Assembly (NCBI GenBank): GCA_964503465.1
Contig: CAZCYZ010000001.1
Span: 129,702 to 193,701 of the forward strand
Reading direction: 5' to 3'
Length of the DNA stretch: 64,000 bases
From: an uncultured Gammaproteobacteria bacterium
GTDB taxonomy: Bacteria > Patescibacteriota > Microgenomatia > UBA12405
The position numbers and the translations under genes were made by a program. The notes under the pieces are model-generated. The model worked only from the letters and a program-made list of their open reading frames with translations, had not been told where the DNA came from and searched no databases. The stretch's first letter is position 1. The number at the start of each line of letters is the position of its first letter. Shown piece by piece: positions 9,733 to 18,823 of the stretch.

Positions 9733-10290
9733 ATGAAAAATAACTCTGCTCTCAAGATTCTTTTTCTCTACAACTCAATTTTCGTTTTTGCTAACAATCT
9801 TATTGGCCCACTTTTTGCTCTTTACCTTCAAGGTTTTCATTCCAGTACTGTTACTATTAGCTTTACCTGGGCAGTTTTTGTTTTCTTTACGACCATTTTT
9901 ACTTATCTTTTTTCGAAGTTTGGCGATCGAATTAAAGAACAAGAATATACCCTTATGGCCGGCTTCCTTATTCGTTCCATCGTCTGGTTTCTCTATATTT
10001 TTACTGATTCACTCTCGATGGTGGTTGTGCTTCAAGTTGTTTTGGCCTTGGGGGAAGCCTTGGGTTCTCCAAGTTTTGACACCATCTTGTCTCAACATCT
10101 CGACGATGGTAGTCAAGTAGCCGAATATTCCACCTGGCGAGTCATGGCCAATTTATCAATGGCCCTGGCCACCATCATCGGTGGTTTTGTTGTTGCCAAG
10201 TTTGGTTTTCAGGTTTTATTTGTTGTTATGTCTCTTTTGGGTCTTTTTGCTTTTTTTGGCGTGCTCTCCAAACCCCGGGAGTTGCTGTAA
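9733..10290 (+). CDS. 6-TM MFS-like half transporter, possibly a remnant.
   Basis: MFS motif A-like FSKFGDRIKEQE between TM2 and TM3. Only 185 aa, where a full MFS is about 400. Confidence 0.35.
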   Translation: MKNNSALKILFLYNSIFVFANNLIGPLFALYLQGFHSSTVTISFTWAVFVFFTTIFTYLFSKFGDRIKEQEYTLMAGFLIRSIVWFLYIFTDSLSMVVVLQVVLALGEALGSPSFDTILSQHLDDGSQVAEYSTWRVMANLSMALATIIGGFVVAKFGFQVLFVVMSLLGLFAFFGVLSKPRELL

Positions 10291-10297
10291 ATCTCCT

Positions 10298-12190
10298 ATG
10301 TCCGATATTCTTGATGGTCTGAACCCTCAGCAAAAAGAAGCTGTGACTCACATTGGTTCACCTCTCCTTGTTCTGGCTGGTGCCGGTTCAGGTAAAACCA
10401 GAGTTTTAACCCATCGAGCGGCATATTTTGTTCACCAAAAACTTGCCAAACCATCTGAAATCTTGCTTTTAACCTTTACTAACAAGGCCGCTGGCGAAAT
10501 GAAAGACCGTATGTCCAAATTGTTAACATCAACAATTAACAAGTCGCCATCCGACAACCTGTTTGCAGGTACCTTTCATTCTTTCTGTTGTTCAGTTCTT
10601 CGTCGGCATGGATCGTATGTTGGCATCCCTCACAACTTTGTTATTTACGATACCGATGATCAGGAAAACACTATTAGTTTAATTCTCAAAGACATTGGTT
10701 TTACCCCCAAAGAATTTAAACCGAGTAGTGTTCTCTATTTTATTGAATCCGCCAAAAACAATTTCCTGACTCCCAAAGAGGCCAGGCAACAAGCTTCCGG
10801 TTTTTGGGCTGAACATGCGGCCAAAATTTATCAACTTTACCAAAACAAGTTGACTGAATTTCAGGCCCTAGACTTTAATGATCTAATTTTTAGGACTATC
10901 GAACTTTTTTATCAAAGTCCAGAAATTCTTGACAAATATCAGGATCAATATCGTTATATTTTAATTGACGAATATCAGGATACTAATCAAACCCAGTACC
11001 TGTTAACCAAACTCTTATCGCTTAAACATCATCAAATTACTGTTGTTGGTGATGCGTCCCAGGCTATTTACGGCTGGCGTGGCGCCGATTATCACAACCT
11101 TGACAGCTTTCTTCGCGATTTTAACGATACCAAGGTTGTTAATCTTGAGGAAAATTATCGTTCGACTCAAACCATCTTGGATGCCGCCAATTCGGTTATC
11201 TCCAAAAATAATTCTCATCCTATTCTTAAACTTTTCACTCTCAAACAATCGAACGATAAGATTAAAATTTTTGAGGCCGAATCCGAAATTGCCGAGGCCG
11301 ATTATCTTTCCGATCGAATTAATTTTTTGGTCAACACCCATCGCATTCCTCATCGGGCTATTGCCGTCCTTTATCGAATGAATGCCCAATCGCGTGTTAT
11401 CGAAGAGTCCTTTCTAAAAAACAACATTCCCTACGTTCTAATTGGTGGCCTTCGTTTTTATGAGCGGGCCGAAATCAAAGATATTCTCGCCATGGTTCGT
11501 TTCGCTGTTAATCATCAAGACCAGGTATCGTATGGCCGACTCACTAAAACATTTGGTAAAAAACGATTGTTTAGTTTTGAAAACTACTTAAAGGATGTCG
11601 ACTTGTCTGACCTTTCCTCGCTTCAAATTCTCGAGTCGTTAGTCCTTAATTCCGGTTACCTTGACCGTTTCGATCCAAAAGATGATGACGATCAACGTCG
11701 AATCGAAAACATTAAGGAACTCAAGTCCGTTGCTACTTCCTTTCCCAAGATTAACGACTTTTTAGAAAACATTGCCTTGGTTCAAGCCGAATATAGTCAG
11801 CAGGAAAAATCCAAGAGAAAGGAAAAGCGCGACGGCATCAGGCTGATGACTCTTCACAGCAGTAAAGGATTAGAGTTTGAAGCGGTTTTTTTGGTCGGTT
11901 TTGAAGAGGGGATATTGCCCCATTCACGAAGCATGGTCGACGATTCCGATATCGAAGAAGAAAGGCGCCTTTGTTATGTTGGTATCACTCGGGCCAAAGA
12001 TTATCTTCACCTCTCCTATGCTTCCCGTCGTCTCTATTTTGGCCGCTCATCATTAAACGAACCTTCCCGTTTCCTGGCCGATATTCCAAACAACTTAATC
12101 GAATTTGACCAGGTTGCTAATATTACTCGAGACTATCGCCATCGTCAGGATTCTGGTGACGATCTTACTTATGATCCAGATATATACTAA
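10298..12190 (+). CDS. uvrD: ATP-dependent DNA helicase, UvrD/PcrA family.
   Basis: MSDILDGLNPQQKEAV...LVLAGAGSGKTRVLTHR (Walker A). Also DEYQDTN, GDASQAIYGWRGA and YRST. Confidence 0.85.
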   Translation: MSDILDGLNPQQKEAVTHIGSPLLVLAGAGSGKTRVLTHRAAYFVHQKLAKPSEILLLTFTNKAAGEMKDRMSKLLTSTINKSPSDNLFAGTFHSFCCSVLRRHGSYVGIPHNFVIYDTDDQENTISLILKDIGFTPKEFKPSSVLYFIESAKNNFLTPKEARQQASGFWAEHAAKIYQLYQNKLTEFQALDFNDLIFRTIELFYQSPEILDKYQDQYRYILIDEYQDTNQTQYLLTKLLSLKHHQITVVGDASQAIYGWRGADYHNLDSFLRDFNDTKVVNLEENYRSTQTILDAANSVISKNNSHPILKLFTLKQSNDKIKIFEAESEIAEADYLSDRINFLVNTHRIPHRAIAVLYRMNAQSRVIEESFLKNNIPYVLIGGLRFYERAEIKDILAMVRFAVNHQDQVSYGRLTKTFGKKRLFSFENYLKDVDLSDLSSLQILESLVLNSGYLDRFDPKDDDDQRRIENIKELKSVATSFPKINDFLENIALVQAEYSQQEKSKRKEKRDGIRLMTLHSSKGLEFEAVFLVGFEEGILPHSRSMVDDSDIEEERRLCYVGITRAKDYLHLSYASRRLYFGRSSLNEPSRFLADIPNNLIEFDQVANITRDYRHRQDSGDDLTYDPDIY

Positions 12191-12193
12191 GTT

Positions 12194-13201
12194 ATGATTA
12201 CTCGGATTCTCTATGATGAGGAGAAAGACCAGTACAATGCCGTTGTTAATCATCCTCTTCAAACCTGGGAATGGGGTGAGTTTCAAAAGTCCCAAGGTCA
12301 TAAAGTCTACCGCCTGGGGGTCTTTGATCAGGAAAAACTGATCTCTGGTTACACCATCTCTTTCCACCAAGTTCCAAAAACAAAATATTCAGTTGGTACC
12401 ATTCTCCGTGGTCCGAATATCGACGAAGACTTACTAACTAATGTTTCCAAAATTGCCGTTGATGAAAACGCCATTTTTGTCAAACTCGAACCAGACGTTT
12501 TAAAAAAAAATAGCTCCTACTACTCCTTTTCTAATCTTTTTTCTTCCCCCAAGAGTGCTTTTTACCCCCATTCCCACATCGTCGATTTAACCAGGTCCGA
12601 AGAAGAATTATTGACCCTTTGTCACCCTAAAACTCGCTACAATATTCGTCTTGCTAATCGTCACGGGGTTAAAACTGAAGAAGTTACTACCGATTCTGGT
12701 TTCGAGCAATATCTTAAATTGATTTTTGAGTCCACCAAGCGTCAAGGTTTTTATCTTCACTCTCCCGAATATCATCGCCGTCAGTGGCAGATTCTCAAAA
12801 AAACCCATATCCCCCACATTTTTTTGGCTTCCTATCGAGGTGAAGTTTTGGCCGCCTTTATGACCTTTGTCTTTAGGGATCGTCTGTTTTACCCCTATGG
12901 CGGCACATCGGACAATCACAAAGAAGTTATGGCTCCAAATTTGTTAATGTGGGAGATTATCAAATTTGGTCGATCTCAAAATTTAAAAACCTTTGATATG
13001 TGGGGTAGTCTTGGACCTAATGCTCGGGAGGGGGATAATGGCTTTGGCTTTCATCGTTTTAAACAAGGTTATGGTGGTGAACTAAAAGAATTTGTTGGCA
13101 GTTATGATTTGGTACTTAACATCCAACTTTACAAATTTTACAACTTTATCAATTTAATTCGTTGGTTTCTTCTCCGCCTCAAAGCTAAATTTCTGCGCTA
13201 A
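12194..13201 (+). CDS. FemAB-family peptidoglycan interpeptide-bridge aminoacyltransferase.
   Basis: Length of about 335 aa and FemAB/FemX-like sequence features (WEWGEFQ..., tRNA-dependent transferase fold family). Confidence 0.7.
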   Translation: MITRILYDEEKDQYNAVVNHPLQTWEWGEFQKSQGHKVYRLGVFDQEKLISGYTISFHQVPKTKYSVGTILRGPNIDEDLLTNVSKIAVDENAIFVKLEPDVLKKNSSYYSFSNLFSSPKSAFYPHSHIVDLTRSEEELLTLCHPKTRYNIRLANRHGVKTEEVTTDSGFEQYLKLIFESTKRQGFYLHSPEYHRRQWQILKKTHIPHIFLASYRGEVLAAFMTFVFRDRLFYPYGGTSDNHKEVMAPNLLMWEIIKFGRSQNLKTFDMWGSLGPNAREGDNGFGFHRFKQGYGGELKEFVGSYDLVLNIQLYKFYNFINLIRWFLLRLKAKFLR

Positions 13202-13210
13202 AATATACCC

Positions 13211-13504
13211 ATGTCTTCTGTTATCTCTGACGATCAGTTTCAGCACATTGCCAAATTATCCCGTTTAGAAATAAAACCGGAAGAAAATTTTATCAAGGAT
13301 CAGCTTTCTCAAGCAGCCGAATATGTCGAGGTTCTCAAAGAACTAGATACCACCAGCGTTGAGCCTACCTTTCAGGTAAATCACAAGCAAAACGTTTTCC
13401 GCCAAGATGTTGTAACTGAATCACTAACCCAACAAGAAGCCTTGTCCCAGGCCAAACTTACCCAAAACGGTTATTTTGTTACCACAGCAACCATTAAAAA
13501 ATAA
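13211..13504 (+). CDS. gatC: Asp/Glu-tRNA amidotransferase subunit C.
   Basis: 97 aa. Starts ...QFQHIAKLSRLEIKPEE. Sits upstream of gatA. Confidence 0.85.
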   Translation: MSSVISDDQFQHIAKLSRLEIKPEENFIKDQLSQAAEYVEVLKELDTTSVEPTFQVNHKQNVFRQDVVTESLTQQEALSQAKLTQNGYFVTTATIKK

Positions 13505-13535
13505 TGTTAAGAATCAAGACCTTTTTATTTTTAAG

Positions 13536-13569
13536 TCTCCCTTGTCAAGGGGAGATTTAGAGGGGTTTT
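13536..13569 (+). repeat. Conserved hairpin + RBS module (copy 1), upstream of gatA.
   Basis: TCTCCC-ttgtcaa-GGGGAGA, then ttt-AGAGGGGTTTT-ATG. Shares the 12-mer tcaaggggagat and agaggggtttta with 54596..54653. Confidence 0.35.
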
Positions 13570-14967
13570 ATGAGTGACTTAAACAGACTAACTCTGGTGG
13601 AAGCCCGCCAAGGTTTATTATCAAAAAAGTTTTCTTCTCGTGAACTGATTACTGATTGCTTTTCTCAAATTAAAAAAGTTGAACCTCAATTAAACGCTTT
13701 TGTTTCATTATTCGAAGAAGAATCATTAACCAAAGCCGATAATATCGATCTGTCAAAACCATTGGCTGGTATTCCTGTGGCTGTCAAAGACAATTTTTTG
13801 GTCAAGGACCATCGCACCACCGCTTCAGCCAAGGTCCTTGATAGTTACACTGCTCAATATTCTTCCACTTTTACTCAGCGTCTTGAAGATGCTGGGGCCA
13901 TCATCATCGGTAAAACCAACATGGATGCTTGGGCTCACGGCTCATCTACCGAAACTTCCGATTATGGCCCGACCAAAAATCCTTGGAATACCAATCATCT
14001 ACCCGGCGGTTCCAGTGGTGGCAGTGCTGCAGCCGTTGCTGCTGATGAGTGTACTGTTGCTGTTGGTTCCGAAACTGCCGGCTCGATTCGTCAACCAGCT
14101 GCCTGGTGCGGGGTGGTTGGCTTCAAACCCACCTATGGTCGTTGTTCTCGTTACGGCACTATCGCTATGAAATCCAGCACCGATTCACCTGGACCAATTG
14201 CCAAGACAGTTGACGATGCCGCTTATATCCTTTCGCTTGTTTCTGGTTACGATCCCCACGATGCCACTAGTATCGAAGAAGGCCCGTGGTTAATCCCGCC
14301 ACCTTTAACTTCACTTAAGAATATTAAAATTGGCCTTCCTCTGTCGTATTTTCCTCCGCAAATTCAGCCAGATGTAAAACAGGCAGTTTTAAATTCCACT
14401 GAAATTTTCAAAAAACTAGGTGCTGAAATTGTTGAGCTCCCTGACGTTCTAGATCCCAAATATTCGGTTGCCATCTATACCATTCTTCAACGTTCCGAGG
14501 TTAGTAGCAACCTATCTCGATTTGATGGCATTCGCTACGGTAATGATCGCTCATTTTTTTCCCAAGAGGCCAAACGCCGGATTATGCTTGGAACTTATTC
14601 TCTTTCCGCTGGATATTACGATGCCTATTACACCAAAGCTCAAAAAGCCAGAACCCTCCTCTGTCAGGATTTTGACAAACAGTTTGCCAAAGTTGATGTC
14701 ATTATTGGTCCTACCTCTCCTAGTACTGCTCTGCCTCTTAAGGCCACCGAAGGTCAGGCTATGTTTGGTGAACTCCAAGACATGTTCTTGGAACCATCAA
14801 GTATTGCCGGTCTGGCTGGTATTTCCATTCCTTGTGGTTTTGACACTAACAATCTTCCCATTGGTCTTACTATCGTTGCTCCCCAAAAGCGCGAAGATAT
14901 TGTCTATCAACTGGCCAAAACCTTCGAATCCAACACCGATTATCATCTCCAAAAACCTAAACTATGA
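13570..14967 (+). CDS. gatA: Asp/Glu-tRNA amidotransferase subunit A (amidase signature family).
   Basis: Amidase signature GGSSGGSAAAVAA and KDN...GSETAGSIRQPAA. Confidence 0.9.
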   Translation: MSDLNRLTLVEARQGLLSKKFSSRELITDCFSQIKKVEPQLNAFVSLFEEESLTKADNIDLSKPLAGIPVAVKDNFLVKDHRTTASAKVLDSYTAQYSSTFTQRLEDAGAIIIGKTNMDAWAHGSSTETSDYGPTKNPWNTNHLPGGSSGGSAAAVAADECTVAVGSETAGSIRQPAAWCGVVGFKPTYGRCSRYGTIAMKSSTDSPGPIAKTVDDAAYILSLVSGYDPHDATSIEEGPWLIPPPLTSLKNIKIGLPLSYFPPQIQPDVKQAVLNSTEIFKKLGAEIVELPDVLDPKYSVAIYTILQRSEVSSNLSRFDGIRYGNDRSFFSQEAKRRIMLGTYSLSAGYYDAYYTKAQKARTLLCQDFDKQFAKVDVIIGPTSPSTALPLKATEGQAMFGELQDMFLEPSSIAGLAGISIPCGFDTNNLPIGLTIVAPQKREDIVYQLAKTFESNTDYHLQKPKL

Positions 14968-15872
14968 TTACCAGACTTGACTCCACCACTCTTGCCAAAA
15001 TCACTACTCAGGCCGATATGGACGAATTTGTTAATTCCCTTGGTCTGACGACTAATACCGTTATCATTAAGCCCAATTGGGTTGATGGTTGTCTTGGTAC
15101 TCATACCGAAGCAAAAGTTCTTGACCTGTTTTTAGGATCATTAAAAAATAAAAAAATTTATCTTGTCGAAAGTTACACTTTTTGGCGCAATCAAAAATCA
15201 ACCGAAGAAGGGGAGGATTCTTTTTCTTCTTCCGAAGCTCAATTTGATACTGGCCAAAAACATTGGGATTTTTTCAAAGCCGGTGACGACTGGTTTCTAA
15301 GAAACAGTGGTATCGGTAAAGTTATTGGGAAATATGGAATCACCTACATTAATGTCACCAATGAACTTTGGGCTGGCCGGGAATCACCCATCCCTCTGGT
15401 TCCCCAAGTTCTTTACGATCTTCAGGGTTCTGACTTTATTAGTTTTGCCAAACTAAAGGGTGATGGTGATTATGGCGCCACCCTATCTATCAAAAATCTT
15501 TTTGGCCTTTACCCAGACCCGCATCGAATGAAAAAATATCATGGGGAAAATGATGAATTGATAAAAGATTCAATTCTAAAGATTAATCAAACCTATCGGC
15601 CTCTCTTTAAACACTTTTCCATTGTCGAAGGTGTCTATTTTGCCAGTTATGTCCACTGGTCCAAACACATTCATCAAGTATCCCAAGATTTGGGTATTAT
15701 TATTGGTGGTCAAGACGCCCTCCAAGTTGACGACACCGCTCTTAAAATGACCCAAACTCAACCATCCGGATCTCTCAAAACACTTCTGGTTGACTATCAA
15801 AAACTTTTTGGTGGTAACTTCCAGTCTCAAAGTATCCCTTCCGATTACCATGTTGAGTTGTTCAAACTATGA
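14964..15872 (+). CDS. DUF362-domain protein embedded in the gat operon.
   Basis: VIIKPNWVDG and ...SIKNLFGLY motifs. Overlaps gatA by 4 nt (ATGA) and the next ORF by 4 nt. Confidence 0.6.
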   Translation: MITRLDSTTLAKITTQADMDEFVNSLGLTTNTVIIKPNWVDGCLGTHTEAKVLDLFLGSLKNKKIYLVESYTFWRNQKSTEEGEDSFSSSEAQFDTGQKHWDFFKAGDDWFLRNSGIGKVIGKYGITYINVTNELWAGRESPIPLVPQVLYDLQGSDFISFAKLKGDGDYGATLSIKNLFGLYPDPHRMKKYHGENDELIKDSILKINQTYRPLFKHFSIVEGVYFASYVHWSKHIHQVSQDLGIIIGGQDALQVDDTALKMTQTQPSGSLKTLLVDYQKLFGGNFQSQSIPSDYHVELFKL

Positions 15873-16159
15873 AAGTCGTTCAATGGTCAATGACTGTTTC
15901 AAACAATTTACATCAAGAATTTATTGAATATTCCCAAAACGTATTAAAACCCACCTGGTTCAAGTTTGGTGCCATCGATTATCGACTTTTTGAAGGAGAA
16001 AATAAGTTTATAGAACAGCTATTCTTCCCAGAAGATTTCAATCCCGAAGAGTTCTTTGCCAAAGTTAAATCCGATCCAAAGGCCAACGAAGTTTCCAAAA
16101 GTTATGAACAACACTTTCAGGCCACCAACATTCAAAAGGAGGTACTAAATCAACTATGA
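15869..16159 (+). CDS. Hypothetical small protein (96 aa), translationally coupled between DUF362 and gatB.
   Basis: Intact ORF of native composition with 4-nt overlaps on both sides. Confidence 0.4.
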   Translation: MKVVQWSMTVSNNLHQEFIEYSQNVLKPTWFKFGAIDYRLFEGENKFIEQLFFPEDFNPEEFFAKVKSDPKANEVSKSYEQHFQATNIQKEVLNQL

Positions 16160-17553
16160 CCACCACTCCCATCATCGGACTTGAGGTTCATGTCGAACTA
16201 AAAACCAAATCAAAAATGTTTTGTGGTTGCAATGCCGAGCATTTTCAGCAGCAGCCCAACACCCACACCTGCCCGGTTTGTCTGGGTCTCCCCGGGGCAC
16301 TACCTGTCCCCAACATTATTGCCTGCCAGTGGTGTCTTAAGCTTGGACTGGCCCTCGGTTGCAGTATCAACCAGCATTCTTTTTTTGAGCGTAAAAATTA
16401 TTTTTATCCCGATCTGGCCAAGGGTTATCAAATCTCCCAACTTCAAAAACCGTTTTGCATTAACGGTCAACTAATTATCGATTCCCACTCCGTTCGCATC
16501 AATCGAGTTCACATGGAGGAGGATACTGGTAAATCAGTTCATGTCGGCGACCAGACCCTATTGGATTTTAACCGTTCCGGTGTTCCCTTGGTCGAAATTG
16601 TCTCCGAACCGGATATTAATTCTCCCGAAATCGCTAAAAAATATCTTCAAAAAATTCAGCAAATTGTCCGTTACTTGGGAATTTCTGATGCCGATATTGA
16701 AAAGGGGAGCATGCGTTGCGAACCGACTGTCAATGTCAATATTGATGGCCATTTTACCCCCTTGGTCGAAATTAAAAACGTCGCCTCTCTTACCGGGGTT
16801 CTAAATGCTATCCAATACGAAATTGATCGTCAAATCAAACAATTCGAGACCGATCATCTCGAAAAATCGCCGACCAACAAAACTACCCGTGGTTGGGATG
16901 CTGATAAGCAACAAACCTTTTTGCAACGGGAAAAAGAGGGAAGTGCTGACTATCGCTATTTTCCCGAACCCGATATTCCCCCAGTTGTTTGGTCCGATGC
17001 TGATATTAACACCATCAAATCGACCATTCCCGAACTTCCTGACCAAAAAATTGCCAAATATAAATCCTATGGCCTATCCGATTACGATGCTAATCTTTTG
17101 GCCGAAGACCAGATGTTTGCTGCCACTTTTGAAAAAGTTACCGGTGACCAACCTTCTCCTGAATTTGCAAAGTTTGTAGCTAATTTGTTTATCGGTCCGC
17201 TTAAGGCCATTAATCTTGATCAAGTAAATCCAGTTTATTTCAAAAATCTTTTTGACCACAAGCATGAGTTATCCTCGACGGCCATAAAAGAACTAATCAT
17301 TGAATCACTTTCGTCTAATGTTGACCCTTTAAAAATCGCCGCCGATAAAAATCTCTTTCAGGTCTCCGACACTGATACCATCGAGAAACTTGCCAGGCAA
17401 GTTATCGCTACTAACACCAAGGCAGTTGACGATTATCACAAAAACCCATTGGCCATTGGATTTCTTGTCGGTCAACTAATGAAACTTTCCCAGGGTTCCG
17501 CCAACCCTCAACTGGCCAAGGAAGTACTTGAGAAACTTCTCTCGACTAAGTAA
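16156..17553 (+). CDS. gatB: Asp/Glu-tRNA amidotransferase subunit B.
   Basis: MTTTPIIGLEVHVELKT...FCGC...CPVCLGLPGALP (the GatB N-terminal signature). Confidence 0.9.
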   Translation: MTTTPIIGLEVHVELKTKSKMFCGCNAEHFQQQPNTHTCPVCLGLPGALPVPNIIACQWCLKLGLALGCSINQHSFFERKNYFYPDLAKGYQISQLQKPFCINGQLIIDSHSVRINRVHMEEDTGKSVHVGDQTLLDFNRSGVPLVEIVSEPDINSPEIAKKYLQKIQQIVRYLGISDADIEKGSMRCEPTVNVNIDGHFTPLVEIKNVASLTGVLNAIQYEIDRQIKQFETDHLEKSPTNKTTRGWDADKQQTFLQREKEGSADYRYFPEPDIPPVVWSDADINTIKSTIPELPDQKIAKYKSYGLSDYDANLLAEDQMFAATFEKVTGDQPSPEFAKFVANLFIGPLKAINLDQVNPVYFKNLFDHKHELSSTAIKELIIESLSSNVDPLKIAADKNLFQVSDTDTIEKLARQVIATNTKAVDDYHKNPLAIGFLVGQLMKLSQGSANPQLAKEVLEKLLSTK

Positions 17554-17555
17554 AT

Positions 17556-17711
17556 ATGATCAAAAAAATTGCTTTGATTGTCCTAATTGTCATGGGCGCC
17601 ATCTTTGCTATTCGTTTGCTTACCCCCGAAGACACCTGGGTTTGCTCGCAGGGCCAATGGATTAAACATGGCAACCCCTCCATCCCCATGCCCTCATCTT
17701 CTTGTCCCTAG
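17556..17711 (+). CDS. Small putative membrane peptide (51 aa), below the ORF-track threshold.
   Basis: My own translation: MIKKIALIVLIVMGAIFAIRLLTPEDTWVCSQGQWIKHGNPSIPMPSSSCP*. Starts 3 nt after the gatB stop. Its first codons mimic the start of the helicase gene (see findings). Confidence 0.25.
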   Translation: MIKKIALIVLIVMGAIFAIRLLTPEDTWVCSQGQWIKHGNPSIPMPSSSCP

Positions 17712-18443
17712 TTATTTGCGTTTCACTCGTCTCCCAAGTTCCTTCAATACACCAGCAACCTGTCGATCAAATGTCCGTCTTTCGTTAACAATCTCATATC
17801 CTAAACTTTTTCGGTGAGCCGCTCCGGCTCGTCCAATTCCAGCTATTTCACAGTCAAAAGCCAAAATATCTCCTCGATTTCTCGTGGCCACTTGTCGTAC
17901 GGTTTTTTCACCTCTCTTAGGATTGGCTCTTTCTTCTTCTATTTGCTCCTGAAGTGCTAGTATCCTATCTGCACCCCTAGCTATTTCAGTAATTTCCGGC
18001 CAAAGATCTTTTGCTCCGTCTGGTATAACAATTGTACTTCCATCGGCACTACCACCATCTTGGTACAGATAAATCACACCATTAACGTTTCGTCCATCTC
18101 TTGTTCCCCTAACCATACACCCGATTGTGGTTTGCAACAAATGATTTCCTCTTAGGGGTGGTGGTTTGAATTCAATTACTGCGCGGGGAGTTATTGCGTC
18201 AGATCTTACTGATAATTTCAATCCATCAGGTCCGATCTCGATTTCGTCTTCAACTTCAAATCTTGTCTCAACCCCTCGTAATCCTCTTAGTGGTTTGGGC
18301 AAGTCACCAGACACAATTCTTTTTTTGATTTCCTGATGGGCCTTTATTCCAGCCTTACTCGCTTCTTGGTCTAAATTTTTTGGTGGTCCACCCCGTATTA
18401 CTTCGGCTATCTTACTTGGCGTAATTCTCCTCTCCGCCACCAA
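17712..18443 (-). CDS. Hypothetical protein of atypical composition (Arg/Gly/Ala-rich, GC-richer DNA) with a PD-(D/E)xK nuclease-like motif.
   Basis: 243-aa uninterrupted minus-strand ORF in an AT-rich background. Segment EVEDEIEIGPDGLKLSVRSDAITPRAVIEFKPP fits the E...(G)PD...hh(E)xK pattern. No similarity to neighbouring genes. Confidence 0.45.
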   Translation of the reverse strand: MVAERRITPSKIAEVIRGGPPKNLDQEASKAGIKAHQEIKKRIVSGDLPKPLRGLRGVETRFEVEDEIEIGPDGLKLSVRSDAITPRAVIEFKPPPLRGNHLLQTTIGCMVRGTRDGRNVNGVIYLYQDGGSADGSTIVIPDGAKDLWPEITEIARGADRILALQEQIEEERANPKRGEKTVRQVATRNRGDILAFDCEIAGIGRAGAAHRKSLGYEIVNERRTFDRQVAGVLKELGRRVKRK

Positions 18444-18542
18444 ATAACATTCTAATCAAGTACCCCACTTTATCAAGCAGATAATTGTCATCATTGTTAT
18501 CCTATAGTTTCAAAAATACAAAAAAGAGTTATAATCACCCAA

Positions 18543-18809
18543 ATGGAGAAACAAAAAATCAAATATCACGGAGTTGATGCCTGGGGTAATCGTATCCCTA
18601 TTGTTACTGCTACCAAACCGGGTAAAGGCGAAACAATACCTGGAGTTGCCCTAAACCGTTCATCCGCCTCTGTGATCGTTGATGGTAGAGCTATTCAGAT
18701 GCCATTCAGTGAAACCGATGTCCGAATTACTCGAATGCCCAACTGTAAAGGTGCCCAAAGATTTCGAGTTATGCCGGTTAGGGAATCACGTAGTCCCGAT
18801 TTTGAATAA
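18543..18809 (+). CDS. Hypothetical small protein (88 aa), GC-richer, divergent from 17712..18443.
   Basis: ORF with a TATAAT-like -10 about 10 nt upstream. Composition differs from the host genes. Confidence 0.35.
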   Translation: MEKQKIKYHGVDAWGNRIPIVTATKPGKGETIPGVALNRSSASVIVDGRAIQMPFSETDVRITRMPNCKGAQRFRVMPVRESRSPDFE

Positions 18810-18823
18810 CGCTATACTAGATA

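Noticed and set aside
10181-10297. Hydrophobic 39-aa N-terminal extension of the uvrD track ORF.
   Set aside because: It overlaps the upstream membrane gene in another frame. Canonical helicase N-termini begin at MSDILDGLNPQQ (ATG 10298).
11015-11389. Antisense and alternative-frame ORFs inside uvrD. Similar ones lie inside gatA (13838..14170, 14468..14980), the giant surface protein (several), dnaJ (32064..32634), nusA, infB, pnp, RNase J (41420..42226), proS, ftsK, alaS, rpoB (60217..62340) and others.
   Set aside because: All overlap well-supported genes on the coding strand or in a better frame. No independent signals. Treated as six-frame noise.
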